Assembly: GCF_018977255.1 (NCBI RefSeq)
Contig: NW_024704743.1
Location: 14,696,001 to 14,760,000, forward strand
Source: Callorhinchus milii
Lineage: Eukaryota
Direction: 5' to 3'
DNA: 64,000 bases
Below the pieces are notes generated by a model. It was not told the DNA's origin. It searched no databases and saw nothing but the letters and a program-made list of their open reading frames with translations. Positions 50,236 to 63,910 of this stretch are shown piece by piece. Numbering within the stretch: the first letter of the stretch is position 1; each line of letters starts with the position of its first letter. Position numbers and translations under genes: made by a program.

Positions 50236-52704
50236 TGTATGTAACTCTATAAGGATCCTTTTGTGATCTCTTTTTGGGGCTGAAAAGCCTGAGGCATTCC
50301 TCATTTGTCTAACATGGGCAGAGGGGGCAAATCACCTTGTTCTTCTTCATAATTCACTTGGGTTACAGACCCTTTGTATAGTGGCGACAACAGCTGTATG
50401 CAGTACTGTAGGTGCAGCCTAACACTGAACAGCCTGAAAATAACCTTTATATTGAGAAATTAACAAACATTTTGCTGTAGCACTATTCAGTTTATTATCA
50501 TTAAATATATAAGTGATACTGAGATTTGAAGATTAAAGCCTTTATCTAACCAATGAGAAATACAAAATGTCTGTGAAAAAATATCTCGTCTTTGGGGGTG
50601 TTAATTTCTTTTTTGGGGGGTGGAGAAAGAGTTGAAATCTCATCACTGCAGAATATTTGGTTACATTCTGGCTGACAAGGAGCCTAAACCAAAGACATAT
50701 TCACAACAGGAAGACAGTCAGGCCAAGAAGAAGCAAAAAAGTCCAAGAGTGAGGATGTCAATGTTAAAACAAGCAGATTAAGCCAAGTCTTAGAACTAGC
50801 ACACTGTCTCATCCTAGTATGATCAGCTTTGTAAGTAGAATTTCTTGTAAAGTATGGTTACATTAAACTTTTCAACAAAATCCAGTAGGTCTCTTTTAGC
50901 TTCTTTATTCATACAGATATTGAAAGCCAACTAAATGTGACAACATTTTAAATTAACCTTCACAAGAACAACTTTAACTTTAAGTCTTTGTCACTTGCAC
51001 AGTTCAATGTCTGAATATGGCACATTATGCATAACTTCACACAGCACTCTTAAATTTTAGTGAATATATAAATGCCTATTGTCCTTTCTGCACCATGAAT
51101 TAACGATTAGATAAAATGTTCACAATATTTTTGAATGCTGCATAATCCCATATATATAGACACATAGTATATGAACATATACACATATATATACACCATG
51201 AATTACCCAGATATGTAAAATGTTAGCCAATATTATTAATAATACTTGCATTTCATATAACACCTTATCACGTCATCAAGATGTCCCAAAGCACTTCACA
51301 GAATATACTGTAAAGTGGATTGAACGTGTATTTTGTGGGTGAAACATGGCAGCCAATTTCCTACAACAAATGGATCATGAAGCTCCGGTTAATTCAAAAG
51401 GTGACAACTGTCAATGAATTCCAAACTGGACATCAGGAATGTCATCGCTTGCTACTCTGTATGAAATTAAAACAGCTGTTGTCTAAATAGATTTGTACAA
51501 AACATTGAACTATTAGAAGGTGCTTTAGAAGGTGTTTAAAAGGCTAATACAGACTTTCTCCACATTAAAATGCTGTTGAGATGCAGTTTTTATCACATCA
51601 CAGAATCTCAGAGAGCTAGAATTCCACTTAGCTAGAAGACAGATGTTATAAATCCACCATACTGCAATGTGGGAGTTTAAAAAAAACTTTGAAGTATAAT
51701 ATTTGATTAGAATGCCCTCGAGGTTAACTTTGTGAATATTGACGATGAGAGTTAAATAAATTTTCCTGCTTCCATTCTCACCTTCAATAACCTACATTCA
51801 CATTACCTTATGAAAACCTAGAAACTGACAGTTCAGAAGCAAAGAGTAATAAATAATTTTACATCACATAAAACTCACTTTTCGACTCTGTGGCCACCAC
51901 CAGGATCACATTGCTTGCACAGAATAATCACAAGGTCTGTTTCTCCTCTTAGAACAGGCTCGGTAAGTCTTACCTGCTACTGTGACAGCTTCAGAGTTGG
52001 AAGCACATTGAGCAGCTGTACTTACTCTAACTAGACATTTATCGGCAACAAAACATTATGTAACTAGTTTCACAGCACATTTGATTCATGTATTAATACA
52101 ACAACAACAATTTGCATTTATATAGTGCCCCTTACAAAGACTAGTATTCCATAATGTGCTGCAGCTTGGAATTGTTCAATGCCTAAAACTCACTGCAAAG
52201 AGAGTTTCTTTTCTAAATCAAGCAGCAAAGAAATGAATGTGCTTCCCACAGAAAAAGACTGCTTTAAAGAAGTCTGAGAGCAAATCAATCTGTGTTATTT
52301 TGTATCACTCACTGCAGCCAGTTATACTGGGCATAGTGCATGGAAGAAGTACGGATACAGGAAAAGCCTAGGGTATTATCATATCACTACTGTCAGATTA
52401 GCTTTTGTTAAAGTGCTTCAGCACCTGCAAAAATAAAATGGGAGCACCATCTGCTTTTGACACTGATTCTTATCAACAATGAAAATAAACTATTAAATTA
52501 TCTCCAAGGGAAAAAAACAGAAATTAGAAATAATAATCCTTGCATTTGAAATAGCATCTGATCACGTCTTTTTGAGACGTCCCAAAGCACATCACAAAAT
52601 ATACTGTAAAGTGAATTGACTGTATATTTTGTGGGCAAAATTGCACAGAGCAGTGTCCCACGTATAGTCATGGGTTGAAGTGGCCACTTTATTATTATTA
52701 TTTT

Positions 52705-53760
52705 TCAGCCTCTCTGCCCCACTTTCTGGAACTCCATCCCACAGTACCTCCACCTTGCCCCTTCTCTTGCCTCCTTCAAGATCCATCTCAAGACCCTCTT
52801 CTTCGACCGTGCCTTTGGTCACCCTCCCACCATTATCCTCCCCGTCCTCCAGCCCTCATGATCCCAACCACCAGCTTGGGTGTGGATCCCTGACTGTCCT
52901 TGGAACGTCCTCCTGACATGAAAGGCACTGTACAAATGTAATTTATTGTTGTTGTTGTCTACTCATCCTCTTTGATCTCTCTGCCACTTTCGACACTGTC
53001 AACCATTGTATACTTCTTCACCACCTCATCTCTCTGTTCAATCTTCATGTTCCTGCCCTTGGCTGTTTTATGGATGCACTCTACACCGTACTGAGCCAGA
53101 ACGGAACCTTGGCGTCTTGTTTGACCCTCAACTATCCTTCAAACTCCACATCCATGTCATGATCTGTTCTGCTTTCCTCCACCTCCATAACATTGCCGGC
53201 TGCGCCTCTGTCTCTCCCCTCGCACCAGGCCCCATTATGCTAACTTCCTGGTAGTCAGTCTTTCCAACTCTTCCCTCCACAAGCTGCAGATTATTCAGAA
53301 CTCCGCAGCTCGTGTCCTCTCCCACACCAGCTCCATGAACCTATCCCTTCCAACCTTGCCCAGCTCCACAAGTGTGTGATTATAAGTGAAAGTGAGAATC
53401 TTGGGGTTGAGATCAGTTCTGAGCAAATTGACCTCACAGAAACAATACTTACACAGATTTCAGGGATATAAAGGGAAAGTAATAGGGTGGATAAAGAAAT
53501 GATTTATTTATGTGAAACAACAGCTGTGATCTTGATCAGTATACCTCCTCTGCTTGCAGTCTCCATTTGGGAAATTGTGACTTGGTCGCACTCCTTGATG
53601 ACCTCCCCAGTTCCACCATCCAAAAGATCCAGTTCATCCAAAACTCCACCATCCACATCCTAATCCATGCCAAAAGCCACATGCCCATCATCCCCCACTA
53701 CCCCCCCATTGACTGAGGCTCCATTGACTCCCTGTCTCTGAAAGAATCGATTTCAAGATC
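52705..53760 (+). mobile_element. Cluster of L2 fragments
   Basis: Tail at about 52705-52957; RNLGVLFDPQLSF and LQIIQNSAARV at about 53070-53370; another piece at about 53590-53760. Confidence 0.8.
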
Positions 53761-54214
53761 TGTTCCCTCAAAACGATACGATTTATATTTACTCCATATA
53801 ATTGCATGGAGTCAGGACCCGACAGATGCCATGCAACTATATGGAGTATGCAATTCCCCGAATTTTATTAGAGGTGCCAATTTCCTGTCGCTCTCTGCGC
53901 TACCTCTCCTCTCATAATATACTTCAATAGCAAATGCCGCTTTACGATGCTACTGTAAAGTCAGTGCTGTCTCACTTGACGATGGCAATCATTCTTCCCA
54001 GTGTTAGCAATCCTACTTACATAGTCAACTTCTCAGCTGATGCAATTATCTGAACTAATACAGGTACGAATGAAATCTTTCATGCAATTAAAGGAATTAT
54101 GCAAACATCCAATACGCATTTGAGGGGTGTGGAATACCATGCAAGCAAATAGCATATTTTGCTATGCAATCAAATGGGCTATGCAATTATCCGATATGCA
54201 ACTAAATGGAGTCA

Positions 54215-54815
54215 CTGTATATAGCCCCTTTCAAGTCGGGAGAGTGTCCCAAAACGCATTTACAACGCTGGATAGACTCCTGAGCTGGGTGGGAGCCGAA
54301 AGGTTTGGGAAGGGAAAGATGATCGAACGTGTGGTCAAAGAGGTGTGTTTTGAGATGTGCCTTGAAAAAGGGGAGGTAAGAATGTAGAGACTCTCGGATA
54401 GAGATCCAAAGAGCAGGGGCAGAATTGCTAAAAGCCTCTGCACCAATGGTGGAGCTGGGGACATGGACTGGCTGGTGTTTGCTGGGGAGCAGCTGGGTCA
54501 ATAGGTTGCAGAGGTAGGATGGGATGAGACTGAAGAGGGATTTAAATAGTGAAAACGAGGGTCTTGAACTCAATCTACTGGGTGTTGGGGAGTCAATGGA
54601 GCCCAGGGTATTGGGGTGAGAGGATGATAGGCTCGCAGAGCCTAGTGTGGGAGAGGACACAGGGTGCAAAGTTCTGGAAAGTCTGCAGCGTGTGTCGGGA
54701 AGAGCTGTGGGGTACAGCAAGCAGAGGCTTGGCATAGACCAGCCTGGACATGATAAATATGTGGATGAGGGTCTTGGTGGCCCATGAGGTAGTGGCAGAG
54801 GTAGGCAATGTTGCA
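54215..54815 (-). mobile_element. Decayed L2 3' fragment
   Basis: TKTLIHIFIMSRLVYA.. and FKAHLKTHLFD on the minus strand. Confidence 0.85.
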
Positions 54816-54817
54816 GA

Positions 54818-55702
54818 GGTTAGATCCAAGGTCACTGAGGGAAGTAAGGGTGGAAACAGTGGAGGCTCTGGCCACAATCTTTCAATCCTCCTTGGATGCT
54901 AGAGTGATGCTAGAGGACTGGAGAGTTGCAAATGTTATTCCCCTGTACAAAAAGGGGGAGAAGGATAAACCCGGGAACCACAGGCCAGTCAGCCTAATGT
55001 CGGTAGTGCGGAAACATCTAGAGATTATAATCCGGGACAAAATAAATTTTCACTTTTAAAAAAATACGGGTTAATAAATGACAGCCAACATGGATTTCTT
55101 AAAGGCAAATCATGCGTAACAAACCTGATGATTGTTGATGAAGTAACTGAGATGGTGGATGAAGGTAGCACAGTTAATGTAGTTTATATGGATTTTCAAA
55201 AGGCGTTTGATGAAAAGCCACGTAAGAGACTTATAAGCAAAATAGAATCCCACGGTATTAAAAGGACAGTGGCAGCATGGATATAAAACTGGCTGGGAAA
55301 CGGAGAGCAGAGAGTGGTGGTGAACGGCTGTTTTTCTGACTGGAGGGAAGTGTGCAGTGATGTCCCCCAGGGGTCGGTATTGGGACCACTGTTGTTTTTG
55401 ATCTATATAAATGACCTGGACTTGGGTATAGGGAGTACAATTTCCAAGTTTGCAGATGATACTAAGCTAGAAAAGTAATAAACAGTGAGGAGGATAGTAG
55501 CTGACTGCAAGAGGACATAGATAGACAGGAAAAATGGGCAGACGTGGCAAATGAAGTTTAATATGGATAAATGCGAAGTGATACATTTTGGGAGGACGAA
55601 TGAGGAGAGGCAATATAAGCTGATGGTACAATCTTAAAGGGGGTGAAGGAATAAAGAGACCTGGGTGTTCATATAAGTAAACCTTTGAAGGTGGCAGGAC
55701 AT

Positions 55703-55752
<50 letters not shown>

Positions 55753-56390
55753 CCTTGCATTTGATATAGCGCTTTTCACGTCAGGAGGACGTCCCAAAGC
55801 GCTTCACAGAACACACTGTAAAGTGAATTGACTGTACATTTGTGGGCGAACGCGGCAGCCAATTGCGCACAGCAATGTCCCACAAACAGTCGTAGATTGA
55901 AAATGACCAATTTATTATTGTTTTTGGTTTTTGGAGGGATTATTATTAGGCGTGTGGAGTAAGGAAACTTGCCCAAGGTTTCGCCCTCTGCCTGGAATTG
56001 AACTCAGGTCTCTCACTTGCAAAGCGAGTGCTCTAACCACTGAGCTACAGGACTCCACATGTAGATAAAGCTGTTAAAAAAAACATACGGTATACAAAGC
56101 TTTATAAACAGGGGCATAGAATACAAAAGTCAGGAAGTTATGATGAACCTTTATAAAACACTGGTTAGGCCTCAGCTCGAGAACTGTGTTCAGTTCTGGG
56201 CACCACACTTTAGGAAGGATGTCAAGGCATTGGAGGGGGTGCAAAGGAGATTTACCAGGCTGGTACTAGGAATGAGGGACTATCAGGAGAGCCTAGAGAA
56301 GCTAGGATTATTCTCCTTGGTGCTGAAAAAGAGAATTTATTTCACACAGCAAGTTATTCGGATCTGGAATGCATTGCCTGAAAGGGTGAC
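54818..56390 (+). mobile_element. CR1 LINE ORF2 RT fragment, interrupted by a SINE
   Basis: [59 protein letters not shown] and LYKTLVRPQLENCVQFWAP. Confidence 0.95.
55706..56056 (-). mobile_element. Young tRNA-derived SINE, full length, 7-bp TSD
   Basis: Long (TTA)n tail; TSD ACATGTA at 55699-55705 and 56057-56063. Confidence 0.96.
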
Positions 56391-56429
56391 TCCGTCAAGT
56401 GGAGTTTGCATCCATGTAGATTGAAACTG

Positions 56430-57260
56430 TCAGTGCATGAGTGAGAAGGTGCTGTCGGAAGCCAAGCCTTTGTTTTTTTTAACATTAAACTGAAAAAAGT
56501 TAGCTCTCATTCAGGACAATGTCTGACAGGCAATCAGTCAAAACAGCAGTGATCCTGGAATCATTGGTGGAGACAAAGAGTTGAGTTGAGTGTCATCTGC
56601 ATACACATGGAAGTGAACCCCATACCTGCGGACAATATAGATAGTAAAGAAGAGAAGACCGAGGATCATAGTCACATACAAATCCCTTGACATTATAGTA
56701 CCTCGTTATCTCTCTGAGCTACTTGTGTCCATCCCTTTTGCTCAGCTGATGCAGGCCTGCAGACTCATCCCCTAACCCCTCCGCGCCACCATCAGTGGCT
56801 GTGTCTTTAGCCATTTCACCCCTAACCTCTGGAACTCCTAATGCCTCACGTCCTCTTGATCCATCTTTACATCTCACCTTAAAACCCACCTCTTCAACCG
56901 TGCCTATGGTCCCTCCCCCTTGCTTGGAAGCCAACCTCTCCACTGTGCAGCACTCTGAAACACCATTTTGCATGAAGAGCAATATAGAAATACAAATTTT
57001 TGTTGTTACCTTCCTGCGCATTGACCACCTCTTCCACCAAGTCTTCACGCATAATGCCTCTATTCTCTGGAACTCCTGCCCTTAAACTTTCCATCGCGTC
57101 TCCTCTCCATCCTCAAATGCAGTCTATAAATCTACTTTATCGACCGTGCCCGATTAGGTTTTCACCCAACCACCCAGCTGAATGTCTGACACAATCTCCA
57201 TAAAGTGCGCCGAGATGTTACTCTGTGTCAAGGGCAACTTATAAATGCAAGTCGTTGTTG
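56430..57260. mobile_element. Decayed L2 fragments (RT piece on minus, tails on plus)
   Basis: The minus strand gives YADDTQL near 56585-56605. Tail motifs lie near 56940-57005 and 57200-57260. Confidence 0.7.
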
Positions 57261-57648
57261 TAACAAGCTATATTAAGTAATTCAACTTTAACCAATCAGA
57301 AAGAATAACACCATTATCAGAAAAATATTCGAAATATTGATAATTTGTAAGAACAGATTATCAACTTGGCTTGTTCTGATTTATAACTGACAATTTTTTT
57401 ATTTTCATAGACTGAAATTGATTATTCAAAATAAAATTAATTGCTTAGTCAAGTGCGTGATTCAAGATCTTCCAAGTAGTTATGTCAAACTGAGAGAGAT
57501 ACAAGGTCTGTTCATGGACTAAGTTATAATTCATTCCGGAATGATTCTTAATATCATTTTATTGCTATTGGGAAATATTTTAATTAATGGTGAAGTGGAA
57601 GAACACTAAGGCTGCGAAAGTTTTTAATTGATACTCCTTTGCCTGTCT

Positions 57649-59770
57649 ACATAGGAACATAGGAATTAGGAGCAGGAGTAGGTCATTTGGCCCCTCGAGC
57701 CTGCCCCGCCATTCAATAAGATCATGGCTGATCTTCTAACCTAACTCCATCTGCCCACCTTATCCCCATATCCCTTAATCCTTCTATCCTTTAGAAATCT
57801 ATCAATCTCAGTCCTGAAAATGTTCAAGGACTGAGCATCTACAGCCTTCTGGGATAGAGAATTCCATAAATTCACCACCCTCTGAGTGAAGAAGGTGTGT
57901 TCAACTCTGACCCTTAATCTTAAGACACTCCTAGTTATAGATTCTCCTACCAGGGGAAACAGTCTAATCTGTCAAGTCCCATAAGAATCTTATATGTTTC
58001 TATACGATCACTTCTAATTCTTCTATGTTTTAGAGAACATAGGCCTAGTTTGCTCAACCTATCCTCATAGGTCAACCCCCTCATCCCAGGAACTAACCGA
58101 GTGAATCTACGCTGCACCCCCTCTAAGCCGAGTATGTCCTTTTTTAAATAAGGAGACCAAAACTGCACACAATATTCTAGCTGCAGTCTCACCAAGGCCC
58201 TATACAGTTGCAGCAAGACTTCCCTACTCTTGTATTCTAAACCTTTTGCAATAAATGCCAACATGCCATTAGCCTTCCAAGTTGCTTGCTGTACCTACCT
58301 GCACACTAACTTTTTGTGACTGGTGTACAAGGACACCCAAATCGCTCTGAACACTAACACTATCTAGTCTCTCCCCCTCTAGAAAATAATCTGCTTTTCT
58401 GTTTTTAACCACCTAGGTGAATAACTTCACACTTCCCCACATTTGCCACCTTCTTGCCCACTCACCTAGCCTATCTATATCCCTTTGCAATCTTTTTGTG
58501 TCATCCTCAGAGCTTACTCTTCCACCTAGTTTAGTGTCATCCGCGAATTTAGATATTTTAAGTTCTATGTCCTCGTCTAGATCATTGATATAGATTGTAA
58601 ATAGTTGAGGCCCAAGCACTGATCCTTGTGGCACTCCACTAGTCACATCTTGTCAATCTGAGAAGGACCCGTTTATCCCTACTCTCTGTTTTTTTTCCCA
58701 TTAGCCACTCTTCGATCCATGCTAATATATTGCCTTTAATTCCATGGGTCCTAATCTTGTGTAGCAGCCTTTTATGTGGCACCTTGTTGAATGCCTTCTG
58801 AAAATCTAAATACACTGCATCTACTGGTTCCCTCCTATCTAAACTGCTAGTTACATCCTCAAAGAAATCTAAAAGATATGTTAAGCATGACTTCCCTTTT
58901 GTAAAGCCATGTTGACTCTGCCTAATAATGTTATGGTCCTCTAAGTATCCCATACAACGTCCCTAATTAAGGATTCTAGAATTTTCCCTACCACCGATGT
59001 CAGACTGACTGGTCTATAGTTCCCCATCTTCTCTCTCCCACCCTTCTTAAATAGTGATGTTACATTTGCGATGTTCCAATCAATGGGAACCGTTCCAGAA
59101 TCCAGAGAATTTGGGAAGATCACAAACAAGGCATCCATGATCTCAGCAGCCATCTCTTTTAAAACCCTAGGATGTAGGCCATCTGGTCCAGGGGATTTGT
59201 CATTTTTCAATCTCAACAGTTTCCTAGTACTAATTCTTTACTGATGTTAATTTCCCTAAGTTGCTCACTAACATTAGCTTCTTGGTTTTCCTCTATTTTT
59301 GGAGTCCTGTGGCTCAGTGGTTAGAGCACTCGCTTTGCAAGTGAGAGACCTGAGTTCATTTCCAGGCAGAGGGCGAAACCTTGGGCAAGTTTCCTTACTC
59401 CACACAGAGCCTAATAATAGTCCCTCCAAAAAAACAAAACAATAATAAATTGGTCATTTTCAATCCATATGACTGTTTGCGGGACATTGCTGTGCGCAAC
59501 TGGCTGCCGCGTTCGCCCACAAATATACAGTCAATTCACTTTACAGTGTGTTCTGTGAAGCGCTTTGGGACGTCCTCCCGACGGGAAAAGCGCTATATCA
59601 AATGCAAGGATTATTATTATTATTATTATTTTTGGTAAGTTTTCAGTGTCTTCTAACATGAAGATAGAAGCAAAGTATTTGTTTAATGACTCTGCTATAT
59701 CTTTATCGCTCATTATAATTCCTCTTTTCTCTGTGTGTAATGGGCCCACATTCACTTTTGATAGTCTGAG
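57649..59770 (-). mobile_element. CR1 LINE (shark HER1-like 3' end), 5'-truncated, interrupted by a SINE
   Basis: [54 protein letters not shown] and LEYCVQFWSP; 3' end cctactcctgctcctaattcctatgttcctatgt. Confidence 0.96.
59301..59626 (+). mobile_element. Young tRNA-derived SINE, full length, with TSD
   Basis: TSD TATTTTT at 59294-59300 and 59627-59633; (tta)n tail. Confidence 0.96.
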
Positions 59771-61204
59771 CCAGCTGAACAAACAAAACAGTGAAGACCC
59801 GATTTGATAATGTTGCACTGTTAAGCACCCAATGTTGGCAGTGATTCTTCAACAAACGTGCAGTGCAATGGGCTTGAGGCCGAGCAGAATTGCACTGGAG
59901 TGGAACCCTGTTACTGCCACCACCTGCAGGAGGGTGGATGCTGTAAGATTTGCATCCAGGAAATATAAAGGTGGCAGGTGAGTTCAAGGTGAGTTTTCTT
60001 AAAGCTCTTGCAATCAGCTCTTTAATGACAATTTTAATCAAAGATACAATTTCAGTACTCTACACATATTCTATAAGGTGTGCATAGCACAGAATGCCAG
60101 AACCGGTTATGAATTATGGTTCTGGAGTTTTTTAACTTTAAAATGCTTCCAATTAAGGTTAGCACCCCCTCTCTCTTCCAAAAACAACTGCCATCAATTG
60201 CAGTCTAGTTTATTGGGATATTTAATGAAGTCTGTAAGGATATTTAACCCACACTTACTAGCTTCATACAGAATGCCAGAATCGGTTATTGGTGATCTGT
60301 ACATAACATTGGCATAAAACATAAATACAGTATTTGGGATTCATTTAAATTAGATTTGGGGGGCGAATGGGGAATGCTTTAGTAGACAAGAATTATCTAA
60401 CTAACACCTACAATTTGCAGAGATTTGAAGAGATAGGAGTTTTGAGTTCAGCATGAAAAATAAAGATCACATAGATGAAGAAAAATATGAAAATATTATC
60501 TCAAACGATTTTATGCAAACGCAAAAAACATCCAGGGTGCAATTGTGGAATCAGAGGTACATTCAGCCAGACATGTCAAAGAGCTGTTAAGGGAGGGAAA
60601 TTAACAGCAGGAGAGAAGGCTACAGCAATCTGGATAGAAATGAACAACAAAAGAAGTTATTGGTAATTGACATCAAGATGAACACGTAGATAGAGCTCTT
60701 TTAGGGAAGTGAAATAAACTACAGGCTATACTGTAGTAAGGTAAAAAAAACTTTGAGGATTTCAATTTCAGTGAAGGGGTCAAACCAAGGACAAGCAGAG
60801 GACGGGGTATATACAAGAAATTTCACAGAGGTGAACAACAATATCTTATTAAGCCACGTGAAGAAAATTACTAGGCACACACTATTACGTAGGTAGCAAT
60901 GTTCCATAGTTGATCAGTAATTTGGGAGTGGCTGAATAACCAGATTCAAGGGATCACTGTATCAGGACTTGAAAGCAGAGAATGGTCACTGGGCACATAA
61001 TCTTCCCACTTGACTCCAAAGCCCAAAATGGTAAGGTGGTGCTAACTGGACAAGCAGTGGTAAACTTGATGAACAGTGGTCTTAATGGAAAGCTATGCAA
61101 TTTTAACTGGTTAAATTCCAGCAGTATCCCAAACATACACTCTGGCATCCCCAAGCCTTGGCTCTCGCCAACTTTCACCAAATACTCTCTGGAATTAGGA
61201 AGGC

Positions 61205-61672
61205 AAAAACAAAAACTTGCATTTATATAGTGCCCGTCACACCGGATAGCGTCTCAGAGCGCTTAACAGTGGCGGAGCCCAATGCCAAGCCAGGGGGAGG
61301 GGGAAGGTGACCATAGACACGGTCGAAGAGGAAGGTCTTCAAGCGAGACCTGAAAATGGGGAGAGAGGGGACAAGATGAATGGCTTGAGGGAGAGAGTTC
61401 CGCAGCTTCAGGGTGAAGTGGTTGAAAGTACGGCCACCGATGGGAGAATCCGGGAGACTAGCCAGAGCCAGTCGAGCGGAGGCAGCAGGTATTAGTGTTG
61501 GGAGAGAGGAAGTTGAAGAGATACGGGGATGCCAGGGTGTGAAGGGATTTAAATAAAAGAGTGAAGATCTTGAAATCGATCTGCTCTGTGACAGGGAGCC
61601 AATGGAGTTTGACAAGGACTGGGGTAATGGAGGTACGGAGTTTGGTGCAGGTGAGAATGCGGGAGGCAGAAG
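61205..61672 (-). mobile_element. L2 3' fragment with tail
   Basis: ASRILTCTKLRTSITPVLVKLHWLPVTEQIDFKIF and FRSRLKTFLFDR. Confidence 0.92.
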
Positions 61673-62259
61673 GGTGAAAGTGTGCATTCCGTTCAAGATA
61701 CCAGGAAATTTCCAATGTGTAAGTGGCATACATTTGTGGAGATGTTGGTCTTGCGTGGATACTCATAAGACAACCTGCTGACAAAAAAGTTAATTTTTCA
61801 CTGCAGTAAAGATCAAAACTAAGACATTTATTCATTAGTTTCCTTTCTATCTACTTTCTCCCCCACCCAACAAAGTTACTGATTCACCCACATTACAAAA
61901 TATAACAAAATACAAGTGCCTGATTTGGAGAATAGATGGTACAAAATTAGTCTTAAAGATCCAGAAATGATTCTAAATTAACTGATAATTCAACTCAGCC
62001 ATTGTACCTTAAGATCAAACTAATTTCATGGCATATTATTCAGCAATGAAATGCATCTTTCATCGATTTCTGCTTAATATGAACTTACTTTAGAAATCTA
62101 TTATCCACCTAAATGAAATTACTTTCCCAAGTACATGCCAGTGAAGTTGTAATTGTTCTTAAGTAATACATATAATTATAGGTAGCTTTCATCAAAGACA
62201 GATGGTCGCATTGTAAATGGATGACTAGACTGCTTCATTAAATGCTCAAGCTTCACAGG

Positions 62260-62610
62260 GCTCTAGTCAGGCACCATACAGTTCTCGTCACCACAATATA
62301 AGAGCTGCTCAGGCTCTGGAAGCAGTGCAATGAGGATGAGCCCCCCCAACCCTCTCCCAGTATTAGAGTGATGGGCTATGAGGAAAGACTGGATAAGCTT
62401 GTATTCTTCAGCCTTGAAAAATAATATCTCAGCAGGGACCTTATTGAGGTGTATAGAATGCTAAATGGAATTGAGAAGATAAACCCAGAATAATTGCTGG
62501 ACTCATTGTAGAAACCACGTAATTTTGTGATGCTAATATAATAGGATATGGTTCTGGAAGCATGAGATCAAACAAGCTGAAGGGCCTCTTTCATTCAAAC
62601 CTTTCTTGTG
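62260..62610 (+). mobile_element. Decayed CR1 3' region
   Basis: gggctatgaggaaagactggataagctt (GYEERLDKL) and gaccttattgaggtgtatagaatg (DLIEVYRM). Confidence 0.65.
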
Positions 62611-62949
62611 AACTACGATTTACTAGTGTTGGAAGAAATCTCAAATACTACATGCCTTTTGCAACATTACCAAATTAACCCAATATGTCAGTGGTTGAGT
62701 CCCAGTCCAGGAACCAGGGTGCAGAGAAACATAGGCCAACGGATCTATTAGTATGTGATTCACAATGATCTGTTCTGTATTTCCATTTACCTTGTACTCC
62801 AACCTTTCCTATCCCTTCCTGATCATTATCAACAGGCCTCAGCTCTTATCTCCCAGCACAATTTGCTTTCCCATTCAAATATAATAATAATATAAATATA
62901 ATATAACTGAATGTCAAATGCTGCATTTGTGCTGTGTAGCTCCCTAGTT

Positions 62950-63220
62950 TAAGGTTAACTCCCTATCTAGTTATGCTAACCCATCTTTCTGACAAAGTTT
63001 CCTGTACTTGGAAAACATTCCCAGTTATCTATGAATATCTGCAAGCCCAATTTGCCTAACTGATCACTGAACCCAATGATCCTATTCATTCCCTCCATTC
63101 TCCCAGATAATAGTAGATACAAAACAGATACTGCCAGAAATGGATTCTTTGCTTTAAATCTGCCTAGCAATTTTAATTCCTCAAACTTTCTAGCTGTATC
63201 ATGTATCCCCACATGTAAAC
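62950..63220 (-). mobile_element. Relic of CR1 ORF1 SGNH-esterase domain
   Basis: HVGIHDTAR resembles HVGTND. It is followed by NRII, FIDNWECF and, in a shifted frame, KDGL. Confidence 0.55.
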
Positions 63221-63712
63221 TACAACTGAATTAGCTCTATTTGAAGTCACTTTTCAAGTATCCCTGTTTTATTATGTGCATCTTGAAGCAACATTTTGAG
63301 TTCCTCCAAATGCTTGGGAGCATACATATTCGGGTATTTCTCTAATTTGACCACACCTATACTTGTTATTATTCTGAATAGTGTTGAAAATGCAGCATTG
63401 ACAAACAGGAAGTAGCTACATTAATCGGGACTCTGCATTTTTTATACAAGTGCTCATACTTCACATGAGCCTCCACACATGCTAATTCCCCCTCTCTAGC
63501 CTCCCCCCAATTCTCATCCAAATTAAACTTTAAAAAATTTAATTGCAATTGGACTTGCTTTTCAATCCCAACCAAAATACAAAATCCCAGCCACATCTGC
63601 TATGTGTTTCGCTTCTCACAAGTTCACAAGATCAGTTAGGATGAAAAAGGCCTTCGGACCATCTGATCTATGCCTCCAGAATACCCACCCTACTGTCCCC
63701 CCATCACAACAT

Positions 63713-63910
63713 CATAGAAACATAGAATTTTGAAGCACAGAAGAAGGCAATTCGGTCCATTGTGCCTGTGCCGGCTCTTTGAAACAGCTACCAACTAGCC
63801 CCACTCCCCTACTCTTACCCCATTAAGCTGTTTTTTAAGTGTCCTCGCCTCAATCACCCTTCCTAGGAACCTGCCAAAAGCTAATTACCCTGAGCAAAAA
63901 AAACCTTCTG
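63713..63910 (-). mobile_element. CR1 3' end
   Basis: catagaaacatagaa...gcacagaagaaggcaattcggtccat...gccggctcttt is the reverse complement of the 29250-29475 type end. Confidence 0.85.

Noticed and set aside
55467..55760. Poly-Leu ORF resembling a signal peptide
   Set aside because: It is a translation of the SINE (TTA)n tail.
59301..59375. tRNA-Ala(UGC)-like sequence (also at 13643, 31728, 33303, 44202 and 56056)
   Set aside because: A and B boxes and an anticodon arm are present, but the acceptor stem does not close, the anticodon varies between copies, and each head continues into SINE sequence.
60089..60289. 22-bp direct repeat acagaatgccagaa(c/t)cggttat
   Set aside because: Only two copies and no array or other structure. 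Nothing in the window has CRISPR-like repeat-spacer organisation.
60954..61190. Minus-strand acceptor followed by a 75-codon frame
   Set aside because: The pyrimidine tract comes partly from the adjacent L2 tail, and no homology is recognised.
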